Below are positions 37,378 through 49,188 of a stretch of 64,000 nucleotides of DNA, piece by piece. The notes below the pieces were generated by a model. It was given only the letters and a program-made list of their open reading frames with translations. It was not told the origin of the DNA and did not search any database. This DNA comes from Mytilus trossulus. Its lineage: Eukaryota. The stretch is from NCBI RefSeq assembly GCF_036588685.1, contig NC_086382.1, positions 21,266,001 through 21,330,000 on the forward strand, written 5' to 3'. How positions within the stretch are numbered: position 1 is the first letter of the stretch; each line of letters starts with the position of its first letter. A program made the translations under genes and the position numbers.

Positions 37378-38369
37378 CAGGGGCGGATTTAGGCGGGGGC
37401 GTGGCGGGCGTGCCCCCCCCCCCTAATAAAATTTGCAAAGTATGGGTTGACTTCAACATATTTAAGTATCAAAAGAGAACATTGAATCAATCTTTTTTAA
37501 CATTCAAAGTATATAAAACAGTCAGTTTAACCGAATCAACGTGACTACTAATCAAGTGACCTACGCTTTATAGAAGTTCTAAAATAATTTCAAAGGAAGG
37601 TGTCAAACGCGGAGCTGCGTTTGATGACAAATATAATAGGTTTTTAGCAGTTACAGTAAAAACAAATGTTACATTGTATTTGCGGTTTTTATAATCAATT
37701 TGTTTGATAATCGAAGTTCCAAAACATTCCTTACTTACTTTCACAATTTCATCATGACACGGTCAAGAAAACAGTCGGCAGGTGAGATTCTTTTATAGTA
37801 TCCGTAATGAAAGATAGAAATACTGTTTCAAGCGACAGGTTAGTTTATTAATTAGTATCTCTGTGTCTGTATTTATTTCTCACTTGCAACCTAAATATTT
37901 AGCCGAATTTTGTACCGTATTACTGTATGCTTGAGATCCCAAGAAAATAAATGTAACTGCGTAAATGTATCTCATTCTGATTTTAGTTGTTTGAGGCGAA
38001 CACAGTAAAGTCTGGCACGACCTCCGAAAATTAAAAAAAAACCCAAACCAGCTAGTATGAAAGGACAATTAAAAATCGCTGGTAAAAGTAGAACTTTTCG
38101 TTTGAAAAATATATTGCTCAGGTGAGCAATTGTGATCTGTCTCGTCTCACTTTGCGTCCTTCTGTCCGCACGTCTATCTGTAGATTGTTGTCAGGTGTGG
38201 ATTAAGGTGGTTTCAGCTTGAAACTTTATTCCTCGCTAATTTTAACACACATTAGTTCGAGATATCTACATTTCACTCCTTGAGAAGAATATTTCAATGA
38301 TTTTACCTCGCTCCCCTCGGCGAAAAAAAATTGCGCCCCCCCTAACTGGAAATCCTGGATCCGCCCCTG
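37378..38369. mobile_element. ~1-kb non-autonomous element with 5-bp TSD (hAT5-like)
   Basis: CAGGGGCGGATTTAGG ... CCTGGATCCGCCCCTG; TSD GGAAT at 37373-77 and 38370-74. Confidence 0.88.
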
Positions 38370-39632
38370 GGAATTCCTTCCAATCGTCGTTGTTCAGCGG
38401 TGAACATTTCTTGATGTAGAGGGAAAGTCAATGTAGAATGATAAAATTGTTTTTCTACGTACTCTTACTTGACAATGTAGTCGTCTTCCAAAACATTTTT
38501 CCAAACGCATATTTCCTTTGAATTCATCTCAAGGATATGTAATCCAGGCATAAATTAAACATGAGATAGCTGATGAACCATATCGCAATTGAACAATTTT
38601 ACACCTTAAAGGATGTAGACAACTGTGTTCACCACGAGACGTTTCTTTGAAATTCCCAAGGTTCAATTCTTTGGGTACTAAAAGGTCAAATATTTCTTCC
38701 AAAAATTGTTTTAAACGACAAGTCTTTTACAAGACACCATTAATACAAGTCTACATTGATAAGAACCTCATCTTCGTCTAGACGGAACCCATATTCTGAA
38801 ATGCATTTTGTCGGCTTTGTATTGTATTTAATTTTTGTACCACTTTTATATACGATGATCATCTCACCGAGAACTGCTCCGCCATCTCAATCTACATACC
38901 AAAGAGAAATCTTTCTGTGCCTGTCATTTACATCTCTATTTATTTCATTACATACATGATCAGTAACTTTGCCTACTTCAAAATCAGAATATTTCAAAAC
39001 CGAGTTTAGGTCAATGTGAACACGGCCTTATGTAGACGAAACGCGCGTACGTCTGGCGTACTAAATTATAATCCAGATACCTTTGATAACTATTAAGGTG
39101 TACTTAGTCTAACAAAAGTTCATAGTTTTATCCATCTCTTTCCTTTCTAAGAACACGCCTATTGTTCTAGGACAGAACGATAATTTGTCTACGGGTTTCG
39201 TTTTCTTTAACCATGGTCCAAGTTTTTTAATTAATATGTAGGATCATTATAATGAGGTCAATTTCTGGATGATGACAAACTAATTAAAATTCGTCAACAA
39301 GTAAAAAACCCCGAATTAATGACTTAAATTCATTATAACCATTTTAATAGAAATAGATTTCAGTTGACGAATTCCTGACAAACATGCACGAGTCCCTTAA
39401 TTTTACATTGTAATTAACATGGGTACACAATTTTCGTTTTTTCTTATGCATTCTAGTTTAAACTGTAAATACTAATCCAAAAGCCTGAATTATGTGGTTT
39501 GCTATGCTATTTTTGTATCTGAATTAAATTGAACAATCCATTACGTAAGCCTCGTTTGACAATTTATAAATACTATCTAAGTTATCGACACAATCTATTT
39601 ACATCAAAGGTAACCAGGAAGGAGAAAGTCCA

Positions 39633-41579
39633 ATGTTTAAAATGGCGACATTTACGAATGATTTGGAACATTTTGATGATTTATTAACGTGTACAATTTG
39701 TCTGGAAACTTTTATAGTTCCGAAATATTTGCCATGTCTCCACACTTTCTGTGAATCGTGTATTAAAACTTACATTGTATCATCTACAGAAAAAGACAAT
39801 CAGTCCGAGGGATTCAAGTGTCCGGTTTGTCGAAAGTTTGTATCATACGTCAACAGACCAGATAAACCAGAAGCATGGGCTTCCTCATTACCGATGAACC
39901 ATTTTGTGAGGTCGATGTTGGATAAGCGATCAATTCAAAGGTCTGAAAAATTGTGCAACTCGTGCCAATTTAATGATAAGACCAAAAAGGCAATATCTTG
40001 GTGTACATCTTGTGAAGAGGCTTTTTGTGAACAGTGCGATGAATGTCACAAATCTTTCAAAATTTCAGCTAAACATAAACTTATTTCAATCAAAGAAATT
40101 CAGTCAGGAGGTTTCGATTTGAAAACATCTGAAGTCCTGAGTTGTGAAGAACATCATGAGAAGATCGTAGAGGTTTATTGTGTGGACCATTCGAAGCCGT
40201 GTTGTACCCTTTGTGCAACTCTTTCTCATCGCAAATGTGAAAACGTAATCTCAATCGAAAATGCTGCTAAAGGTATAAAGCAAGCCAAACTTACAACTTC
40301 TTTGGTTACAAAACTTGACGAAAGGAATAAGGAATTCCATCAAATAATTGAAAATCGGAAAGATAGCATGACTAAATTCGAAACCATATCTGAGAACATT
40401 ATTCAAGAAGTGTCAACACTGAAAATGGCAGCAATAGTTCATTTACAAAAGTTAGAAGAGCAAATAAAGGTCGAAGTGGCCTCATCAAAGAAGCGTTTTT
40501 TCATGAAATGTACAGATGAACTTAACACTTTTTCGAGCTATAAAAGTACCTCGGCTAACTGGCATTCAGTTCTTAAAGGGTCAATAGAACATGGATCAGA
40601 CCAACAGTGTTTAATGGAAGTCAACAAGATTGGTCCAAAAATGAGTATAGTTGAAAAGGAAATGGCAGAAGAAATGAAAAAGATGAAAAATATTACTTTT
40701 AAGTTTGTCCCATCTGAACTGATTGAGAAATTTAAATCAAACGTAAAGTCGTTCGGTTGTCTAAATATAATTGAAGACCAGTTTTCTAGTATGCTGCCAG
40801 TTATGGGTATCAGACAAAGGGTTAATTTTCATAGTGGCGACATTAAAATATTGCATAGAATTAATGCTGCTGAAAACAGTCAAACTAGTGCTATTTTCAT
40901 TGGTGATCACCTTGTTATAACGAGCTTTATTACATGCAACGTTGGAAAATATAGCCTCGATGGAAAATATATAGATTCTTTAGCTTTGGAAAAGTATCCA
41001 AATGATATAACACAAGTTGATCAGTGTCAAGTCGCTATTGCGATTTATAGTAGAAACAAAATTGTGTTTGTTGACATTACGAAAATGAAATTATTACGAA
41101 CATTGGATTTACAGGATATAACAATATATGGATTATGTTGTGTCGAAGGGAACAATTTAATCATATCGAGTAGATCGAATTTAACATGGGTTGACTCATC
41201 AGGGAAGAAAGTAAAACAAAAATCTACAAGTGGTTGTTCATATTTTGTGTCTAAATCGGAGACGAAACATTATGTATATGGAGAAGGAGATAATTCCATA
41301 TCATGTCTAGAAGGGGACACAGTCAAGTTTATGTATACAAGTGAACAGTTGTCCCATCCGCGGGGAATTGGAATAGACTTTGAGGGCAATATCTATATTG
41401 CTGGACAAAGTTCTAAGAACATTCACCAAATTACTAATGATGGAAAATTAATACGTATAATTCCGGTCAACACGTTTGGAATTATACATCCATGGACAAT
41501 ACGTTTTGCTCCTAACAGTAATAAATTTGTCGTTACATGCAGTTTTTCGGGGAAAGTTATACTGTGTGAAATAAGTTAG
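39633..41579 (+). CDS. Tripartite-motif E3 ubiquitin ligase (RING-Bbox1-Bbox2-coiled coil-NHL-like propeller; TRIM56/TRIM71-like), single coding exon
   Basis: C3HC4 [21 protein letters not shown], two B-boxes, helical middle region, LSHPRGIGIDFEGNIYIAG; 648-aa intact ORF. The ATG at 39642 is the one conserved in copies 1 and 2. Confidence 0.93.
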   Translation: MFKMATFTNDLEHFDDLLTCTICLETFIVPKYLPCLHTFCESCIKTYIVSSTEKDNQSEGFKCPVCRKFVSYVNRPDKPEAWASSLPMNHFVRSMLDKRSIQRSEKLCNSCQFNDKTKKAISWCTSCEEAFCEQCDECHKSFKISAKHKLISIKEIQSGGFDLKTSEVLSCEEHHEKIVEVYCVDHSKPCCTLCATLSHRKCENVISIENAAKGIKQAKLTTSLVTKLDERNKEFHQIIENRKDSMTKFETISENIIQEVSTLKMAAIVHLQKLEEQIKVEVASSKKRFFMKCTDELNTFSSYKSTSANWHSVLKGSIEHGSDQQCLMEVNKIGPKMSIVEKEMAEEMKKMKNITFKFVPSELIEKFKSNVKSFGCLNIIEDQFSSMLPVMGIRQRVNFHSGDIKILHRINAAENSQTSAIFIGDHLVITSFITCNVGKYSLDGKYIDSLALEKYPNDITQVDQCQVAIAIYSRNKIVFVDITKMKLLRTLDLQDITIYGLCCVEGNNLIISSRSNLTWVDSSGKKVKQKSTSGCSYFVSKSETKHYVYGEGDNSISCLEGDTVKFMYTSEQLSHPRGIGIDFEGNIYIAGQSSKNIHQITNDGKLIRIIPVNTFGIIHPWTIRFAPNSNKFVVTCSFSGKVILCEIS

Positions 41580-42239
41580 ATATAGATCAATTAGAAAAAC
41601 AGTACTTTATATGTACCCTTATCAACATAAACTATAATAGCTCGTGGCTTTTTAACTAACCAAAGTCTTGTCTGTTTTAGTTAGTGCTTTAATTAAATCA
41701 TCATTAGCAATCATTCGACTTCTGCTTTTATAAACGATCATGCATATAAATAATTAAGAAATTTGTTATTGTTGTTGGAATTTCACACTTTATTTATTTT
41801 GATTTTACACCCAAAATTTTCAATATAAAACCAAAGCTAGAAATAGTATCAAACAATATCAAATTAGATTTCTCTATATAAAGATATAGAATAAAATGTA
41901 TGATCATAGATGCTTTCTTTTACATTTAATAAATTATTAGTATACCATGAGGTGTGCTGTCTAATAAAGGGACCAGAGTAACAGACAATAGGTCATATTA
42001 TATTATATATATATATTTATTATTACAAATTGCTTACTTCATTTGATTTGACATTTTATAGAATTCAATTCAGTCAAAATCAATCATATTATGTACTTTG
42101 TTTAACCTATTTTTGATGTTTGAAAATTATATTTTAATTATTCTGTTCATTTGGGGCGCAATGATAGGCAAATAAAATATGTGTTTGTTTGTTTTGTGTT
42201 GTTTATGACAACACAGAAGGATAAACTTCAGTATTTATT

Positions 42240-42635
42240 ATTGCGACACCCACAAACGATATAGGTAATTTTGGCGATTTATTAACATGAACTATTTGTC
42301 TTAAAAATTTCAAAATTCAAAAATAATTGCCATGTCTCCATACTTTCTGTCAATTGTGTATTAAAACTTACATTGTATCATCTACGAAAAAGGAAAATGA
42401 GTCCACGGGTTTCAAGTGTCCGGCTTGTCGAAAACCTGTTACATATAGCAACACTGCAGTAAAACAAGACAAATGGGCATCCACGTTACCGACGAATCAC
42501 TTTGTGGTGTCAATGTTGGATAAGCGAGCAATTCAGAGGTCTGAAAAGGTGTACTATTTGTATTTAAAAATATTTGGAAAATGTAAGTTGTGAAGAAGAT
42601 CCTGCGAGGATTGTGAAGGTTTATTGTGCTGACCA
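42240..42635 (+). pseudogene. Truncated TRIM copy 4 (RING remnant)
   Basis: PCLHTFCQLC...FKCPAC...LPTNHFVVSMLDKRAIQRSEK; start lost, stops upstream, B-box1 deleted. Confidence 0.85.
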
Positions 42636-43519
42636 GAACTGTATTAATCTATAATACATTTGTCTCGCCTTTCCTTGGTATAGATATTTTTTCGTGTTTT
42701 TTTGTTAATGTTCTTTCAAAAAAATGTTAAATAGTTGTTCATACAAATAAATATATAAATTCATATTTCGAGATATATGTTGTGTTTCGTCAGTATAGTT
42801 CATTTGATCTTACTTCAGTATTGATACTAGGAAATATTGATACTGATAAAGTAAAAAGATAAAATCGAAGATGTTAATAAGGTCGGATATACTCATCCGA
42901 CTATATTTGATTCACAGGGTCAAAACAAACCAAAAAATGTGAACCCTATAATTTGAATCAGATAAATCGAAAAAGTGTTAACTTCATCAGTGAATTTCAT
43001 TACCACATGCCTCTTCAATATTTGTTTCTTAATGTATCCTTCCTCATAAATGCTACAAACATATTATCAAGAACTAGTATTTGATGAGTCCCTGAACAGA
43101 ATCAAACCTACGATGTTCATGTCCTCGATAATGAGATGTACATTGTAGCAAGTCCGTCAGAGACAGTAAAGTCAAATCACATGTCGCAGATTCAAGTTAA
43201 ACTTTATTTCAATGAAAATACTTACAATAATTTCTCTAACTATCTTATATTTAACAAAATGGTTTTGTTCAAGATACACATGTATGTAAATCTCATACTC
43301 CACATATGGCAACCATGATGTTGCTAACATAAGAAAAAAACAATGATAATTCTTATTTCGTATGGCACATCAGAGGAAAAAAGTACGGGATTATGGTTCC
43401 ATTTGGAACATATCCGTCGTCATCCGTAAAACAAATATTGCAGTACGGTCAACCTCTTCATTTGATTGATTGGTGTTCATTATTTCAGCGCTATTGGTAA
43501 TTTCTTGTCAATCAGTTTG

Positions 43520-43739
43520 ATTTTTAATCTTAGTTTCTTGAGTATAATTCAGAGTTTAGTATGACGTCCATTATCACTGTACTAGTATACATATTTTAAG
43601 GGGCCAGCTGATGGACACATACGGGTGCGAAAGTTTTTCGCTACATTGAAGACCCATTGGTGGCCTTCGGCTGCTGTCTGGTCTCTGGTCGGGTTGTTGT
43701 CGCTTTGATGCATTCCCCATTTCCTTTGTCAATTTTATT
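43520..43739 (+). repeat. 3'-terminal fragment of the Penelope-like family
   Basis: Close match to 8815-9035. Confidence 0.8.
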
Positions 43740-45359
43740 CATTGGTTGAGAAAGCCGGAGGTCAATAAACTTGTGAAAGCGTCCGTAAAATGTTCGATGG
43801 GGTGATATTTTAACTCCCTCAGGCAGAGTTGGTCTCAAAAGGATTTACATGCTTCATCAGTTTAATATTATTTAGCTCTTTAGCTGTTTCGGTTCTTATT
43901 CGTCCTTGGCTTTCAAATATTCGGCATTGAGCATTCCGTATGGAGGTAAAGCCAGGTAATCGTTTCAGACGCATGCAATTTATAACGCGTTATTTCATTT
44001 TTTTTTCAACTACACTACCTTGAACTCATAGTTTATTAGAGTCCATGTAACCAGAAACCCTCTATCAAGGAAATTAAGATAGGAAAATGCAATCTCAACT
44101 GGAACATATATAAAATAGAATTACAAAAAAAAAACGAACTCCAAGGCAAATTCAAACTGGAAAGACTTTTATCAAATGGCAAAATCAAAAACTGAAGCAC
44201 ATCAAACAAAGGGAAACGGATATCATATTTCTGCCTTAGTATAGGCATTTCTTAATGTGAAAATGTTAGATTAAACCTGGTCTTATAGCTAGCTTAAATT
44301 CTCGCATGTATGATAGTCGCGTATAATTCTATTTTATTGAGAACAATGTGTGAGCACAACAACAAAAAAAGTCAAATTTTGTTTTTGTTTGTAAAGTTTG
44401 TTTTAAATAAAGGAAAAAATTGGCAAGAAGAGGAGCACTGTTGGTTCCTATGGGAAATGTCGATTGGTTGTTGAAAAATTCGTTCGTCATTCAAAAGAAA
44501 CAAATATTCAAATTATCATTTTATGTATGTCCACAAATATATTTGACAAGTGTGATTGTAAAACAACGGTATAATTAAGCGTGAATCATCATGCAGTTTT
44601 TATTCAAATGATTTGTTGGTCATGATTTTAGACAGTATTGTCAATGACTAAGCTTAATTTGAAAAAAATCAACAATACTGGCTGTTAAAAACGAATTGTT
44701 ATTTTACTATTTCACCTTCATTCAAGAGGCACTAGCTACGAGATATATAACAAAATCTGAAGTAAGATTTTTTTTTCTGTTCAATCGATAATGAAAGTGA
44801 AATAGTGAAATAATAATTCGCTTTTAGCAGTCAGAATGGTTCAATTTTGTCAAATTAAGCGAAGAAACATTGATAATTACTTATTCACTTGCAAGTGAAT
44901 AACTCGACCTCATTAAATCCGTATTCATGTGAACTTCACTTTAACCCTAGCTACAGATTAACAACGCATACATTGTACTGTACTGGTTATTTAAAGAAAA
45001 AGAATGTCAACAATGAAAAGGAAACTACGGTAAATCATTTGATTACTGGTTCGATCCATATAAAATCATTCTTATATGTTTTAAAACAAAGAGAAGCATA
45101 TATTTTTAATCTTTAAAAATAAAATCAAACAGACCTATAAAAATCCAATGAGGGACATTGGTGAAGATTATCCCCACTTAATTACAGATGGCGCTGTGGT
45201 AGATCAGGTCCAACCACATCTGTTGTATGATAAGAAAGCCAGCATGCATTCATTGATACTATATACAAACATTTTTATACTGATAATTTAGATATTATAA
45301 ATTCCTTTGGTTCATTATTATTTATTATAAACTGTTTAATAGTCAATTTCACTACCAAT

Positions 45360-45457
45360 ATGTCAAATTATGGAAGCTGGACACTGCCTGAGCTTTAAAA
45401 AGAATTAAAAACAAGAGGTGCACGTGTATCAGGAAGAAAAAGAGAATTAATTGAAAG
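45360..45457 (+). pseudogene. SAP-domain exon 1 of the YqaJ gene, with an in-frame stop
   Basis: MSNYGSWTLPEL*KELKTRGARVSGRKRELIER; TAA at 45396-98; donor AG|gtatg at 45457/8; acceptor ttag at 45774. Confidence 0.75.
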
Positions 45458-45918
45458 GTATGTTTTTAATGTTCATTTGATTAATTTAAAGTCTAATATA
45501 TATTTGTCTTCTATGTGTTTAAATTGAAATATTGAAGTCTCTTTTAGATATAATTAAATTTATTGAATATTCAAACATATTACAAGAGAATTGTATATTT
45601 CAGACAATAAATTACTATTTAGTAGCTAAATATACATGTATATTTAAAATAGATATTAGGCAATGTCTAAAGTAGCTATTTGCAAAATTGTATTAGGCAA
45701 TGTCTAAAGTAGCTATTTGCAAAATTGTACGGATTTTCCAACTATTCAATGAATATATTTTTACTTATTCTTAGATTGGAATCATATGACAGAAATCAGA
45801 ACTTTGGAAAAGAAACTGCTGAGGATGAATTTAACATGACATTGCCATCTTCTTCTATATATAAAGATGTGAATTCAGAGACAGACTTTTCAAATCAATA
45901 GACATATATCTGGAACCA

Positions 45919-47190
45919 ATGGGAAAAACACTGGACACTAAAGCTAAGCAATTGTATAATAACAGATTTTTGAAATACTTGCGACTGGGGACTGAAAATG
46001 ATTTTTTTTTTGTAAAATCGGAGTGTCATGCTGAGATGAAAAGAAAAATCACATACAAGGTTGATGTTTGTATTAATAAAGAACTAACTATCATGGAGGC
46101 CCAGTGTGAATGTGCTGCAGGTATGGGCCCAACAGCTCATTGTAAACATGTATGTGCAGTCCTCTTTGGAATGACCCAGTTTTCTTGTTTCAAGGAGTTG
46201 AGGACAGAAGAGACTTGTACACAACGGTTACAAACTTTTCATCAATGTAAGCCATTTTCTGGTTCACCTATAAAAGCTCAGAAATTGCCAATTTCGAACG
46301 AGGGTTTGAATGTAAGTTTTGATCCACGGCCGGAAAAGTTTAGAAGTGTTATTGGATATAATGACTATTTTAGGAATATTTGTTTGAACCATTCAAACAT
46401 TGGTTCATTTCCTATATCACACCTTTTTCAACCAGCTAATCTGTATGCTGTTGCAGTAGATCATGATTATTTCAAGCTTTCACCTGAGGATCACTGGCTA
46501 AAAGACAACAAATTATTTCAAATTTCAGATGAAGACATAATTTCAATACAGGCATTAACAGTAGATCAATCCAAGAGCAAACAATGGCTGAATGAGAGAT
46601 GCAAGCGTTTGACATCTTCAAATTTTGGCAGAATATGTAAAGCAACAGACAAGACAGACTTTCACAAACTTGCTTTATCATATACGAGAAGTTCTGCATT
46701 ATATACAGCAGCTATCAAGCATGGTAGACAGTATGAACCAGTAGCAATAGAGAAATATGAATCGATTACGAAGCTAGAAACTGTTAAATGTGGATTATTT
46801 GTGTCAAAAATGCATCCTTTTCTAGCTGCTTCTCCAGATGGATTAACAGAAAACAATACATTGTTAGAAATCAAATGTCCGTATACTGCACGAAATGAAC
46901 TGATCACACCTAAATTTGTTCCTTACTTGTCTGAGGTAAATGGGGAGTTGATTTTAGACCCAAAACATGACTATTACTATCAAATACAGGGACAACTGTT
47001 TTGCACTGGAAAACAAACATGTGACTTTTTTGTTTACACACATGAAGATCACAAATTAATAACAATTGAAAGAAATGACAGATTTATTGTTGAGATGAAA
47101 GGTTCTTTAACTTCATTTTATGAAAAATATTTTAAGCAGGTTGTTCTTGACAAATTTATGTACAACAGTTATGATAAGTATTCCTGGTGA
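45919..47190 (+). CDS. SWIM zinc finger + YqaJ (lambda-exonuclease-like) nuclease; main part of exon 2, which starts at 45775 and is frameshifted near 45890
   Basis: SWIM CECAAGMGPTAHCKH; YqaJ motifs W..R..RLTSSNFG, HGRQYE, ASPDG, EIKCP, YYYQIQGQL. Confidence 0.85.
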   Translation: MGKTLDTKAKQLYNNRFLKYLRLGTENDFFFVKSECHAEMKRKITYKVDVCINKELTIMEAQCECAAGMGPTAHCKHVCAVLFGMTQFSCFKELRTEETCTQRLQTFHQCKPFSGSPIKAQKLPISNEGLNVSFDPRPEKFRSVIGYNDYFRNICLNHSNIGSFPISHLFQPANLYAVAVDHDYFKLSPEDHWLKDNKLFQISDEDIISIQALTVDQSKSKQWLNERCKRLTSSNFGRICKATDKTDFHKLALSYTRSSALYTAAIKHGRQYEPVAIEKYESITKLETVKCGLFVSKMHPFLAASPDGLTENNTLLEIKCPYTARNELITPKFVPYLSEVNGELILDPKHDYYYQIQGQLFCTGKQTCDFFVYTHEDHKLITIERNDRFIVEMKGSLTSFYEKYFKQVVLDKFMYNSYDKYSW

Positions 47191-47348
47191 CACGGGTGAT
47201 TTCAATGTATCAATAGAAGAATATTAACTTTATTTACAAATGTATATTGAATTATATTCATACACTAAGGCTTTAAATATTATTTATATGCATTCATTAT
47301 GTTTTAAAATACAAGTTCAATTACACTTTGATTTTGTCATTTTTAGGT

Positions 47349-48550
47349 TTACGCATGTCTTGGTATGATACATTGCCTAAAGTTGCAAAGCATGAAAACT
47401 ACAAAAATTATATCACTTGAAAGTTTTGTTTCTGTTCTATTCATTGCAACAGTAAGGATTTTAAATGTCTTTGCTAATCCTATGATTCGTTCAATGTGGA
47501 CACGCTTACTGGATATTTTTCTATCTCTTAAAACTGTTTTCCCAGTCATTCTGTTACGTTTCTTAAAAAATGTTGGAATATTAATAGTTACGTCGCTTGG
47601 TGCAAATAAGTCCTGAATGTTGAAGCCTTTATCTGCCATAATGGAATCCCCAGGATCACATAAGTTAATAAGATTACTCCTTTCCACTATTTGACGGTCA
47701 CTTACTGATCCGCCGTATGAATCAGAAACATAAGACACCAGACCACTGGGTGAGCATCCTACCAAGACTTTAACTGTGTTTCTGTTCTTGTATGTAGAAT
47801 AAGTAGACTGTTGAGCGATTGGAGACTTCGGTTTCTTAACAGGCATTTCTGTCCCATCTACAAGCAGTCTAGTTGATGGAAATTTCAGCTTGAAATCAGA
47901 TGGACTAAAAAAGCGGACTAAATCTCGACTTGGCCACAAATCTAACTCCTTCCATTGTCTAGACATAAAGTTCAGCCATGTGATCCATATATTTGTCACT
48001 GAATGTTCAGAAATGCCAAACAGTCTACTAAGTTCAAAATTGGTTTTGTGTCTTCTTAGCTTGATAAGGGTTAAAAAAAATTGATTTTCAATATTAAGTT
48101 GGTCCACCCTGTTATACAAGTAGTTCATGTGGTATATTCCCTCTCCAAAAGAAGCCAAGACAAATATAAAGTCATTGTAATTTGCCAACCCTGTATAAAA
48201 CAATACACCAGCATCATCATGCCTAAAATTTTCTATAGAAAGGGAAACCCAGGATGGCGTTTGACAGCTAAATTCACTATTCAGTGGAACAGCAGTATAT
48301 AATATGTGCGACTCTGCATCAGGTACTATGGGTGCTGTTGTAGACTCGACACATTCTTCCCGTCCTATATCAGAAGTACATGGATCATTTATTTCAATAT
48401 TTTCTTCTGTGAATGATAGTTCAGATTTTGTTTTGTTTCTTTTAAAAAGTCGATCACTTCTGTCTGGGGTGTTTGAGGATAATTTTCTTTTCCAACAAAA
48501 TACAGATGGAACTGATCCTTTTTTCAACTGTTTTCTGCTAACATCTGTGC
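47349..48550 (-). CDS. ISL2EU transposase exon 2 (THAP tail, HTH, DDE_Tnp_4-type catalytic domain)
   Basis: Acceptor cttgtag before 48550; LKKGSVPSVF; catalytic VDGTE, MADKGF, RVHIERIIG; with exon 1, 1410 nt = 469 aa + stop. Confidence 0.92.
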
Positions 48551-48980
48551 CTACAAGAATAAATACATAATTAATCATTAATATTAAAAAGATGACCTGA
48601 TATTTTTTTTTATCTGTTTATCATACACTGTTTTCATTAATCCAGCTTACTTTGAACAGATTAAACAAACACATTAGAAATCATCACAGCAGGGTATGAC
48701 ATGTGAAAGTACATTATCTGTATAAACATTGATAATTAACAAATTATGCTACATGTAATAATGACACATTAAAAATAAATCTTTCTATCATGAGTTAACA
48801 AAATAAAATAAAGAAAATATTCTATTTACATTTCTATTGCAACAAATGTTCTCGTCTTATTCTTCCCTTTATGAGGTTAAATAAGAATTAAAAAAAAATA
48901 TCATAAGCATATTTTAGACTTTTTTTAAATTATTTTTTTAAGTATTAAATCTTTGGAATTTAATTTCAATATACACTTAC

Positions 48981-49188
48981 CAAAACTTGTAATTGATGTA
49001 TAATCATTTTGCAAAAAATGATCCTGACAAACAACACTGCTTTTGCTTGGTGTCCATTCTTTGTGTTTTTCTTCATAAGAGTTTCTTTTGATTGCATTTA
49101 ACCATTTCTTTTTTAATTCCCCATTTTTTGGGAAAAGATGTCCACCTCTGTTAGAACATCCAGGTACACAACAACAAGTAAATGGCAT
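48981..49188 (-). CDS. ISL2EU transposase exon 1 (THAP zinc finger)
   Basis: MPFTCCCVPGCSN..HLFP..W..AIKR..VCQDHF (C2CH); phase-1 donor G|gtaagt joins exon 2 in frame and completes the AVPTIF-like box. Confidence 0.9.

Noticed and set aside
36960-38800. Coding-like minus-strand sequence split by the 37378-38369 element
   Set aside because: Possibly an old pseudogene, but multiple stops and no recognisable domain; needs tblastx
43600-43645. Hammerhead- or HDV-like motif CTGATGGA..CGAAA (also 8900-8970)
   Set aside because: Core spacing is wrong, stem I/P1 cannot be formed, and the motif is not conserved between the two copies
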